Below are positions 42,714-51,127 of a stretch of 64,000 nt of DNA, piece after piece. The stretch is from a virus (taxonomy: Duplodnaviria > Caudoviricetes): the IMG/VR virus record IMGVR_UViG_3300032038_000011, positions 32,001 to 96,000 of that record; one strand, 5' to 3'. The number at the start of each line of letters is the position of its first letter. The first letter of the stretch is position 1. Under the pieces are notes generated by a model. The model was not told the origin of the DNA and ran no database searches. It worked only from the letters and a program-made list of their open reading frames with translations. The position numbers and the translations under genes were made by a program.

Positions 42714-43307
42714 GGTTGTTACTCCCTTCTTTTATTCTGGTTATATTATAACATAGTTCTTGACCTTTGTCAAGTTATGTTTATGTTAATTAGGTTGGAC
42801 GTTTAATGTAATTTACATTAGCTTAATTTCCAGTTCCAGCTTTCCAGCTCCATATAAATGTTAAGTTTATGTTAAAGTTTCCAGCTCCAATGTTAATTTT
42901 ATGTTAATTAGAATGCGGCTTCCAGCTCTCAGTTCCAGCTCCCAGCTCGCGGCCGCGCCGGAGCCGAGGAACTTCCAGCTCCACGCAAATTTCCAGCTCC
43001 CCACCGGCACGCCGACCGGAGCCGAGGCAGGCCAAGGGCGCCCGCGCGAACCGAGCAAATTTACGCATAATTCATATTCTCTTAACATAGCTTTAACAAA
43101 CCTCGCTTCTGAGGGCATATTCCCCCATCCTCTATATTATAGCAGATAAATGTTAATTGTCAAGGTAGTTTATGTTAAAAGTATGTGAATTAGATTAAAT
43201 TTAACAAAGTTAAGCTGACGTAAATTAGACTGCCCGGATAGTCTAATTTACACAGGCTTAATGTTAGTGGTGACTAACTACTATGTTAAAAAAAAGAAAA
43301 GAGGGCG

Positions 43308-43559
43308 TTAAGCCCTCTTTTCGTGGTGGCGCTCGATGTAGCGCAGGCTGTGCAGGCAATCTTTGACGGCCTCGCGCGCGGTCTCCGCTACCCACAAAAA
43401 CGTGGTCTTGACTTCCCACTCGGTCAGGTCAGTAACCTCGATGGTCCATCCCATCGCGGTCTTATTCATCGAAAGTTCAAAGTGTCCGCTCGCGCTGTCG
43501 TTGCCGTGGTCGAAAGTGTAATGGTTGGCGCTGATCTTCTGGATGTAAAGGTTCTTCAT
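43308..43559 (-). CDS. hypothetical protein (GC-rich operon)
   Basis: AAGGAGG RBS, GC-rich codons. Confidence 0.65.
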   Translation of the reverse strand: MKNLYIQKISANHYTFDHGNDSASGHFELSMNKTAMGWTIEVTDLTEWEVKTTFLWVAETAREAVKDCLHSLRYIERHHEKRA

Positions 43560-43609
43560 GATTGTCTCCTCCTTAATTTTAGGTCGTGGGAGGGCTTGCG
43601 CCCTCCCGA

Positions 43610-43804
43610 TTATTCGCGGTAGTCGTCGCGGCCGCCGTTCTTTTTGACGGCCCAGTTCTTTGCGCCTCGGGCAGTTTTGTAGACGCCCTTGTGTTCCCAG
43701 TGGTACTGGGTGCCCTCGCCCACGTGGTACTTGCCATCGCGGTCAGGCTCGGTGTCGTAGGTGTAATAGTGGTATTTGCTGCCGGTGTAGCCTGCCTTCA
43801 TCAT
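43610..43804 (-). CDS. small protein, paralog of 37756-37938
   Basis: DGKYHVGEG motif. Confidence 0.7.
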   Translation of the reverse strand: MMKAGYTGSKYHYYTYDTEPDRDGKYHVGEGTQYHWEHKGVYKTARGAKNWAVKKNGGRDDYRE

Positions 43805-43832
43805 TGTAACTTCCTCCTCTCAGGGACGGGCA

Positions 43833-44216
43833 TTAAGCCCGTCCCGTGCTCCTCAAGTATTCCTGCCAGACTCGCTCCACCTCGGCGAGGTAGTCATTGA
43901 CTACCTTGCCGGTGAAGCGCTGAGCTGCGTAGTACAACTCGCGCAGGTCGTAGTGGTGGAACGCTTCCAACACGTCCCTGCCCTCGTCGGACTGGTTCAG
44001 ATCGTAGTCCCTCAGGCTGGGAGTCAAGTCCTCGGGATGGCCGTAGTAGACCATGACCGCGAGGCGCTTCTCGGGTTCGAACTCGACGTGGCCGAAGCCG
44101 CAGTTCTCAGCCTCGGTATCGAGGTCGAAGTTCATGGAAAACTGGGCCATGCAGAACTGCTCGTCAAAGAGCAGGCCGTACTCGGTAACGGTGGTGTTGT
44201 AGTTGCAGATCATCAT
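43833..44216 (-). CDS. acidic hypothetical protein
   Basis: AAGGAGG RBS before MMICNYN. Confidence 0.65.
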   Translation of the reverse strand: MMICNYNTTVTEYGLLFDEQFCMAQFSMNFDLDTEAENCGFGHVEFEPEKRLAVMVYYGHPEDLTPSLRDYDLNQSDEGRDVLEAFHHYDLRELYYAAQRFTGKVVNDYLAEVERVWQEYLRSTGRA

Positions 44217-44428
44217 TGTAGTAACCTCCTTGTATTTGGTCGTTATTGTAAAGCTGAGGGGCTTGCGCCCCTCAGTGGTTGCGGCCATGAATTACCTCAT
44301 TCATGCCTTTGATTTCTACCTCGTTCGCCTTGAACTGTTTTTCAAGGCTCCGCAGGTCCAGCACCATAGCGATTATAAACAAAGTCAACATGTTTTTACC
44401 TCCTTCCAAAGGGTGAGGGCTTGCGCCC

Positions 44429-45001
44429 TCACTCCTTCATATCGCGGTCGATCTCGCTGGGGCAGTAGGCCGTGATCCGACCGCCGAGGCCCTTGACCTC
44501 GTCGCGGATCTTGACCTCGTTGCCGTCGGCGTCGGTGATGATGGTTACGCCGTCGATCTGAACTCGGTTCAGGCCGCCGACCCACTTCGCGCCGATGGTC
44601 TTGCAAACCACCTTCTCGAAGGTGCGCGCCCTCGGGCCGGCGCAGGGGCTGGGGTCGAGCGGCAGGTCCGAGTAGGTCCGGAACTTCTGCTCGAGCTGGC
44701 GAACCGTGATCCGGTTGCCGAAGGTCTTGCGGAACGCGGTCTCGCTGATCTTGCGAACCTTCAACACGTTGTCGCTGATCACAAGGAAGCCGGTCTCGAG
44801 GGCGCGGTCGTTGCCAACAACCTCGATCAGGGTCTGGCGGCTGACGCAAGCCAGAACCAACTTGCGGGTCGCGCCGTGAACGCCTGCGCCGTCGGCGGTC
44901 GTCATGGCGAACCAATAACGCTCGGCGTGGCGCGGGTCGTTCAGGTAGTTCAACGCGGTGAGCTTCGCGGCGGCGGCGATGGTGGGATCGTACTTCTTCA
45001 T
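44429..45001 (-). CDS. hypothetical protein, first gene of the GC-rich operon
   Basis: AAGGAGG RBS before MKKYDP. Confidence 0.65.
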   Translation of the reverse strand: MKKYDPTIAAAAKLTALNYLNDPRHAERYWFAMTTADGAGVHGATRKLVLACVSRQTLIEVVGNDRALETGFLVISDNVLKVRKISETAFRKTFGNRITVRQLEQKFRTYSDLPLDPSPCAGPRARTFEKVVCKTIGAKWVGGLNRVQIDGVTIITDADGNEVKIRDEVKGLGGRITAYCPSEIDRDMKE

Positions 45002-45200
45002 GGGGTTTACCTCCTTTTTTGTGGGTCGTTGTGTTTTGTGCTGGTTGGTCGTGCGGTCGGCGGTCGGGTTCAGTTGCTGCTCGCCTGTCGGGTTCATCAC
45101 TGCTCGGCGTTCACGGCTCTCACGTGCGCTGGTCTGGGCAGCTTCCTACTCCCGTCGGGGTCCTTGCGCGTCGCGTCTGGCAGCCGCGACTGGCGGTGGG

Positions 45201-45219
45201 CTGTTCAATTTTCAAGGTT
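45201..45219 (-). promoter_or_regulatory. rrn boxA-like antitermination motif in a long leader
   Basis: AACCTTGAAAATTGAACAG embedded in a GC-rich leader downstream of the promoter at 45303-45330. Confidence 0.55.
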
Positions 45220-45552
45220 CGCCGCTTGCTCGACCTGCTGGCCGTCCAGCCCGGCGGGTTCCTCGGGCTGCGGGGTTCTCGCTCATCCCCCCAACAGCTA
45301 TGATTATACTCGCCCCAACGAAAAAAGCAAGCATTTTTTTTTATTCATCAATATTCATAGCAAAGGGGGGGGTTATACATAGGATTCTGAATAATTATGC
45401 AATTTTTCGGCACCCACCCTCCCCATTTTCCACACCCCAGTTCAAAATAAAACACCCTCGGCTCCAAAGCATAAAATCCCAAATACTTGACAAATCTAAT
45501 AAAATATGATAAAATTTAAAATGAAGGAAGTTGTATCTTCAGATAAACGGAG

Positions 45553-46896
45553 ATGCAATATATGAAAAAGAAATACTCACTCGACTACTCTATTGAGCGA
45601 GATACCGACCGATTACACGCCGTTGAAGAAATTTTAGATACTTTGGATACCAAACCTTCCAATTCTGAATTAGAGCAAATGGCTTCCTATATTCTATATG
45701 GTAAGGATGAAGAAGGTAAAAACGCCGTACAAAGGGGCGAAACCACCGACTCCAATAAACGCTACAATAGCTTTCAACGTGCCGCGGACAAAGTCCAATC
45801 GCTTGATGAAATTTTAGAAAACCCATTAAACGACCAACAAGCCCTTCAATCGCTTGAAACCCGCTATATTTATACAAAGAAAAAACCAGCTATACATCGT
45901 CCCAAATACGATAAAAAAACTGGTGAATTAATCGATCCTGGCGATTCCGAAATTCCAGGTATGCAAGACCTTTGGGATTGTATTGACCGCCTAGATCGCA
46001 TCGTAGCAGTAAACGAAGGTAAAATTCCACCCGATGAAAATACCCAAATTTTTAAAGACTCATATCGTCTTTACCAATTAAAGCATTCCCTTATTGATAT
46101 AAGACGCCACCAATATTATCTTAAAGATGCCTACAAGCCCACCCTCCATTTTCTCGCGCTAACCCCTCCCAAAGCTCAAACTTATAATTGGGACGAAGAT
46201 TCCTATTACTGGATGCCCCTCGACAAATGGCAAGAACGCGTTAATAATGCCCTTCTACATACAATAAGTAAAAATTTAGAAGACTATGAAACACGTGAAA
46301 ATCCATACACAAAAGAAATTGAAGTAAAATGGGTAGTGCGTAAACACACATTTGATTGGGAAAACCCATCCCACATTAAAGCATTAATAAACAATTATTC
46401 AGCTATTTATATGGAGCTTAACGAAAAATTAGATAGTTGGGGGCGCACCCTTATTTATGACTTTGACCGCTATTTTGATATGTCTGGGTTTAGTGAAGCG
46501 CGCGAATACATACTAACAAGAAAAATAGACCATGCTTCTTACACCGAAATTCGAGAAGAACTTCAAGAAAAATTTGGTCTAAAATACAATGAAAACCACA
46601 TTTGTACTATTCTCGCAAAAGAAATTCCAGAAAAGATGGCGGCAACAGCTACTAAACATCGAATGCTTTTAACAACGCCAATAACAGAACGCAAACGCTG
46701 TTTTACTTGCAAGAAGTGGTTGCCGCGAAACAACTATTTTTTCGCTACCAATAATAGCCGCAAAGATAAATTTGCTTCTAATTGTAAAGAATGCGAAAAA
46801 CAAAAAAGAATAGCAAGAGGAGGTCAGTCCGCGTATGACAGACGAAATAAAGACGCGAAGATGCTTGAAGTGCAGGCAGGAGAAACCAATTCATGA
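45553..46896 (+). CDS. putative DNA-binding protein (HTH plus C-terminal zinc finger)
   Basis: SYTEIREELQEKFG...ENHICTI HTH-like segment; CFTC...CKEC. Confidence 0.5.
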   Translation: MQYMKKKYSLDYSIERDTDRLHAVEEILDTLDTKPSNSELEQMASYILYGKDEEGKNAVQRGETTDSNKRYNSFQRAADKVQSLDEILENPLNDQQALQSLETRYIYTKKKPAIHRPKYDKKTGELIDPGDSEIPGMQDLWDCIDRLDRIVAVNEGKIPPDENTQIFKDSYRLYQLKHSLIDIRRHQYYLKDAYKPTLHFLALTPPKAQTYNWDEDSYYWMPLDKWQERVNNALLHTISKNLEDYETRENPYTKEIEVKWVVRKHTFDWENPSHIKALINNYSAIYMELNEKLDSWGRTLIYDFDRYFDMSGFSEAREYILTRKIDHASYTEIREELQEKFGLKYNENHICTILAKEIPEKMAATATKHRMLLTTPITERKRCFTCKKWLPRNNYFFATNNSRKDKFASNCKECEKQKRIARGGQSAYDRRNKDAKMLEVQAGETNS

Positions 46897-47764
46897 GTTT
46901 CAATACACTTCGTCCAACTTTTTTCCTTCTCATCGCTCTCAAATTTGTACTTCTTGTCTTGAATTAATGATAGACCAATCGAATATGGGTGAAGTTGATA
47001 GACTTTGCCGCTGGCTTGATGTGCCTTTTGATCTTAATAAATGGGCGCAATTGTATTCTATACACAAAGATCATACTTTAACAGCCTACTTCAATACACT
47101 ACTAGACGACCACTACCAAGCTTTGCAATGGGCAGATGAAAATGAGAGATGGCGTCTTGCGCGCGAAGAAGGTACAATTGATGATGAAATTGAAGCTTTA
47201 AGTGAAGCTAAAGTGCGGAAATTAAAAAGAATTTGGTCTACTAATTACTCTAATGAAGAATTACTTTTTCTCGAAGATTACTACAATCAGATACTTGCTA
47301 CTCAAAACGTTTCAACTCCAATTCTACAGCATTACGCGCGAGATTTATGTGAAATTGAACTTCGCATAAAGAAAGGTTTGCGCGAAGGCTTAGATATTAA
47401 AAAGGATATGGATGCGCGCGATAACATAATAAAAATCGCGCACTTCGAAGCAAATAATGCCAAAAATGCCGCAGACTTTGAAAGTGTAGGTGAATTAATG
47501 GTCTATTACGGCAAAAAAGGTTGGCATCCAAAATGGCATTCAGAACCAAAAGATGATGTTGATTTCTGTATGCAGAATATACAAAATTATTTGAAACGTT
47601 TAGTTATTAATGAAGGTAATTTCTCCGAGCAAGTTGAAGATAGACGTGAACGCTATAATTTAACTGAACGTTTAGAAAATATAGAAAATGAAGCTGTTGA
47701 ATTTGATGAAACTGCTGATATTGAGTATGAGGATGAATCAGCTTTGATTCAAGATTTAGTATGA
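46835..47764 (+). CDS. zinc-finger protein upstream of TerL (SPbeta YonG-like; possible small terminase)
   Basis: N-terminal CLKC...CTSC; size and position before terminase. Confidence 0.45.
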   Translation: MTDEIKTRRCLKCRQEKPIHEFQYTSSNFFPSHRSQICTSCLELMIDQSNMGEVDRLCRWLDVPFDLNKWAQLYSIHKDHTLTAYFNTLLDDHYQALQWADENERWRLAREEGTIDDEIEALSEAKVRKLKRIWSTNYSNEELLFLEDYYNQILATQNVSTPILQHYARDLCEIELRIKKGLREGLDIKKDMDARDNIIKIAHFEANNAKNAADFESVGELMVYYGKKGWHPKWHSEPKDDVDFCMQNIQNYLKRLVINEGNFSEQVEDRRERYNLTERLENIENEAVEFDETADIEYEDESALIQDLV

Positions 47765-49554
47765 CAGACTTTATTACTCAAAAAGTTGAATTGCGCGATG
47801 GCGTCCCAATTGAGAAAGGAGTTGTTCTTACAAAAGAGTTTCTTGACGCAAATCAAGAATTATTTACTAGTTATTTAAATTATTGGCTGCTATACCCAGA
47901 TTTATTTTTAGATGCTATACAACAGCAAGACGACGCAAAAAATTTTCATTTGTTTTTCTATCAGCGAATAGCTTTACGAGCTTCAATGCGTTACCGTTAT
48001 CATTATTGGACGGCAACTCGCGCGACCTCTAAATCTTTTACTGCTTATTTAAGTGCTGTTGTGCGCGCAGTTTTATTACCTGGTTCTAACATATTTATTT
48101 CTTCTGATGTTAAGGGTACAGTTATTAAGATTGCTGAAGCTAAATTTAATGAAATTTGGCGTCACTGGCCTATGCTTAAAAATGAGTTACAAACTCGTGA
48201 AAGTGGCGGCCAACAAGGTGAAAAGAAAAGTGGTAACTATTATGAGTTACGTTTTCGTAATGATAGTATGATTACAGTTGTTTCTAAAGATACTAGCCGT
48301 GGTTTAAGAGCGACAGCAGGTATTCTAGAAGAATGTGCAACCATTGAAGAAGAAGATTATAACGAAGTTCTACTACCTCAAATGAACGTTGCTAGAAGAG
48401 AAGTAGATGGAACTTTAAATCCAGAAGAGCCTACCTCCGCACAAATATTTATTACTACCGCGCGCGAAAAGACTGTATTTATGTATAGTAAATTAATAGA
48501 ATGTGCGGTGAACGCTATTTTGCGACCAAACGAATATTTTATTTGGGGTCTTTCTTATGAAGTACCATTACATTATGGGCTTTTAGATAAAGCAACCTTA
48601 ATGGACCAACGTTATTCTAATACAATGAGTGAAGATTCATTTGCTCGAGAATCATTATCAATTTGGACCGGGAATAGCAAAGAAGCTTGGTTAGATTCTA
48701 AAAGGATTAATAAGCGACGAACTCTATTAAAATGTGAGCGAAAAGCACAAGAAAATCCTACTAACCCAGATACTTTTTATGTGATAGGAGTTGACGTTGC
48801 CAGATATGAAGCTAATACAGCAATTATGGTAATTAAAGTAATTCCTAATTTAAATGGTTTTAAGAAAAATGTTATTTATACAGAAGTCATTCATGGAGCT
48901 AACTATATTACAGATCAAGCTCCTCGTTTAAAGAAATTAATTGAATTATATCATCCTAAAGAAATTGTTATTGACGGTAATGGCCCAGGTATTGGCTTAT
49001 TAGATGCTATGGCTCTTCCTTCTTTTGACGCAAAAACTGGGGAACAATTTCCTGCTTATTTTGCTTTCAATAACGAGCATCATTTACCTCCAGAAAAGAA
49101 AAATGAATCGGAAGAACCATTACCAGAATACAATGCTATTATTTATGATATAAAAGCTGGTTCATCTAATGATGACGCGATTCATTCGAACTTTTTCGCG
49201 CAATTAAGTAATGGTACATTATCTTTACTCGCGCACGAACGAATCGTAAAAGATAAATTACTTCATACTAATAAAGGTAAGAAGATGTCTCTTTATGATA
49301 GAAGAGTTTATTTATTACCTTATGAAATGACTTCTCGATTAGTTGATGAATTAAATAATTTAAAATTAAAACCAACTGGTGTGCAAAATCAATTTAAAAT
49401 AGAAAAAATTTCTAGTTCTGTAAATAAAGACCGTTTTTCTGCTTTAGAGTATGGCTTATATAGAGTTAAATATTATGAAGATAAAATGATTAAACGTTCT
49501 AAGAAAAAGAATTTTGCACAATATGTTTTCTATAGTCCAAGAAAAAGGGGGTGA
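47761..49554 (+). CDS. terminase large subunit
   Basis: ATRATSKS Walker A, RGLRA..ILEE Walker B region, ITTA motif III, GVDVAR and KDRFSA nuclease motifs. Confidence 0.9.
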   Translation: MTDFITQKVELRDGVPIEKGVVLTKEFLDANQELFTSYLNYWLLYPDLFLDAIQQQDDAKNFHLFFYQRIALRASMRYRYHYWTATRATSKSFTAYLSAVVRAVLLPGSNIFISSDVKGTVIKIAEAKFNEIWRHWPMLKNELQTRESGGQQGEKKSGNYYELRFRNDSMITVVSKDTSRGLRATAGILEECATIEEEDYNEVLLPQMNVARREVDGTLNPEEPTSAQIFITTAREKTVFMYSKLIECAVNAILRPNEYFIWGLSYEVPLHYGLLDKATLMDQRYSNTMSEDSFARESLSIWTGNSKEAWLDSKRINKRRTLLKCERKAQENPTNPDTFYVIGVDVARYEANTAIMVIKVIPNLNGFKKNVIYTEVIHGANYITDQAPRLKKLIELYHPKEIVIDGNGPGIGLLDAMALPSFDAKTGEQFPAYFAFNNEHHLPPEKKNESEEPLPEYNAIIYDIKAGSSNDDAIHSNFFAQLSNGTLSLLAHERIVKDKLLHTNKGKKMSLYDRRVYLLPYEMTSRLVDELNNLKLKPTGVQNQFKIEKISSSVNKDRFSALEYGLYRVKYYEDKMIKRSKKKNFAQYVFYSPRKRG

Positions 49555-51116
49555 CAACTTTGGAAGGCACAAATAAGAAACATGATTTCTCAAAATTTCG
49601 ATTACAAGTAACAAGAAATCTCGCGCGAGCACCTATAACAGAAAATGCTTATCTTCGTTGGGGTTATCGCAATGGAAAAAGAGTTTCCAATGATGATTTT
49701 ACTCTAGAAGAAATAAACGCTATTATTCGTTCTGGTGAATTAGATGCTTATCGTGAATTATCTAATTTTTATTATCGTACTAATGGCGATTATAGGAATA
49801 ATATAGATTTTCTTGCTTCTTTACCTTTATATGATACGGTAGTAATTCCTGTTTTAGCTTCTGGTAAAGGTTCACACGCGCAAATTATTAAAGATTTTGA
49901 AAGAGCTTGTATTTTTATAGAAAAATTAGATATACCTAATACTTTTAATTATATTACTAAAGAATGGTTAAAAGTTGGTGTATATAACGGTATTTTGAGA
50001 GAAGATGGTGAAGATGTAATAATTCAAGATTTGCCTTTAGAATTTTGTAGAACTCGTTTTAAGGATTTTAATAATCTTCCCATCTTAGAATTTAATTTAC
50101 ATTATTTTGAGAGAATACATGACGAAGAACTTCAAGAAGAAGCTGTTGAAAGTTTTCCAGAAGTTGTTAAAAAAGCCTGGCGAGATTATGAAAATGCTAA
50201 AAAGCTAATTGATCCTTGGATAATGATTCCTGCAGAATCTGGTGGTATTTGTTTTACTTTTATTAACGATCAATCACCTTTATTAATAGCAAGTATTCCG
50301 CAATTAAAGAAATTAGAGGATGCTGTTGGGCGTGAAGAAAAACGTGATGAAAATGAATTATATAAATTATTAATTCAACAAATGCCTATAGATGATGGTG
50401 AATTAGTATTCCCACTAGAAGAAGCCGCAGAAATGCACGCTTCTGTCGCAGCGATGTTAAGTGGAACAGATACAGTAGATGTTTTAACTACTTTTGGAGA
50501 TACAGATTTAGAAAGTCTACAAGATACTTCCGCGGCTGCGCAATCAAATGATAGAATTAAAAAATATCGTGATAATGCTTATGATTTCTTAGGCAGAAGT
50601 TCTTTATTATTTAATGCAGATGGTAGCTCTACGTTAGCTTATACTATTAAAAAAGATGAAGCTTTAATGATTTCTTACTTAAATGTTTATGAAACTTGGA
50701 TTAAATTTCATTTAAATAGTAAGTTTTCTCGTCCAGGATTAACTTTTGATTTTGAAATTTTGCCTACTACAGTTTTTAATAGACAAGATATCCAACAAAA
50801 TTATTTCCGAGCTGCACAGTATGGTTATTCTAAAATGTTTGCGGGCGTTGTAATGGGTATTAAACAGCGCGATCAAATTAGTTTAATGGAATTTGAAAAT
50901 GATTTTTTAAAGATGTCAGAAAAAATGATTCCATTACAATCTTCTTATACTACTCCAGGCGGAGAAGTCGCAAATGAAGAAAAAAATAATTCTTCGGGAC
51001 AAAAAACAGGAAGTACACAAAAGAGTGATGACCTAAATAATAAGGGAGGTCGTCCTGAACTCCCTGACGAACAAAAATCTGAAAAAACTCAAGCTAATAT
51101 TAAAGCTGCTGGGTAA
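49551..51116 (+). CDS. portal protein
   Basis: 521 aa directly after TerL; C-terminal PLQSSYT...GGRP. Confidence 0.8.
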   Translation: MTTLEGTNKKHDFSKFRLQVTRNLARAPITENAYLRWGYRNGKRVSNDDFTLEEINAIIRSGELDAYRELSNFYYRTNGDYRNNIDFLASLPLYDTVVIPVLASGKGSHAQIIKDFERACIFIEKLDIPNTFNYITKEWLKVGVYNGILREDGEDVIIQDLPLEFCRTRFKDFNNLPILEFNLHYFERIHDEELQEEAVESFPEVVKKAWRDYENAKKLIDPWIMIPAESGGICFTFINDQSPLLIASIPQLKKLEDAVGREEKRDENELYKLLIQQMPIDDGELVFPLEEAAEMHASVAAMLSGTDTVDVLTTFGDTDLESLQDTSAAAQSNDRIKKYRDNAYDFLGRSSLLFNADGSSTLAYTIKKDEALMISYLNVYETWIKFHLNSKFSRPGLTFDFEILPTTVFNRQDIQQNYFRAAQYGYSKMFAGVVMGIKQRDQISLMEFENDFLKMSEKMIPLQSSYTTPGGEVANEEKNNSSGQKTGSTQKSDDLNNKGGRPELPDEQKSEKTQANIKAAG

Positions 51117-51127
51117 GGAGAATAATT

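Larger units (their letters stand above)
24963..43252. repeat. array of 34 dispersed palindromic sites, 34-bp core TGTAAATTAGA-N4-MCGK-N4-TCTAATTTACA (52 bp with flanking TTAA-N5)
   Basis: 34-bp cores start at 24963, 25557, 26238, 27027, 27969, 28780, 29319, 29949, 31125, 32336, 33164, 33881, 34343, 34789, 35507, 36069, 36559, 37243, 37693, 38007, 38349, 38706, 39051, 39439, 39883, 40329, 40731, 41050, 41315, 41618, 41995, 42424, 42784, 43219. All have CG at positions 17-18; arms are variably degenerate. Confidence 0.95.

Noticed and set aside
42867-43118. 83-aa ORF in the last cassette
   Set aside because: Composed largely of CCAGCT and GTTAA repeats, so its coding status is doubtful despite an upstream promoter.
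24963-43252. CRISPR array interpretation of the 34-bp repeats
   Set aside because: Spacing is 0.3-1.2 kb with whole genes in between, the repeats are degenerate, and no cas genes are present.
24963-43252. Classical integron attC or XerCD dif/pdif sites
   Set aside because: No RYYYAAC...GTTRRRY arrangement or extrahelical bases, fixed length, 12-bp rather than 6-bp spacer between the 11-bp arms, and no IntI gene seen.
43323-45509. Multiple overlapping plus-strand and alternate-frame ORFs in the GC-rich island
   Set aside because: Expected from high GC; only the minus-strand ORFs have AAGGAGG RBSs.
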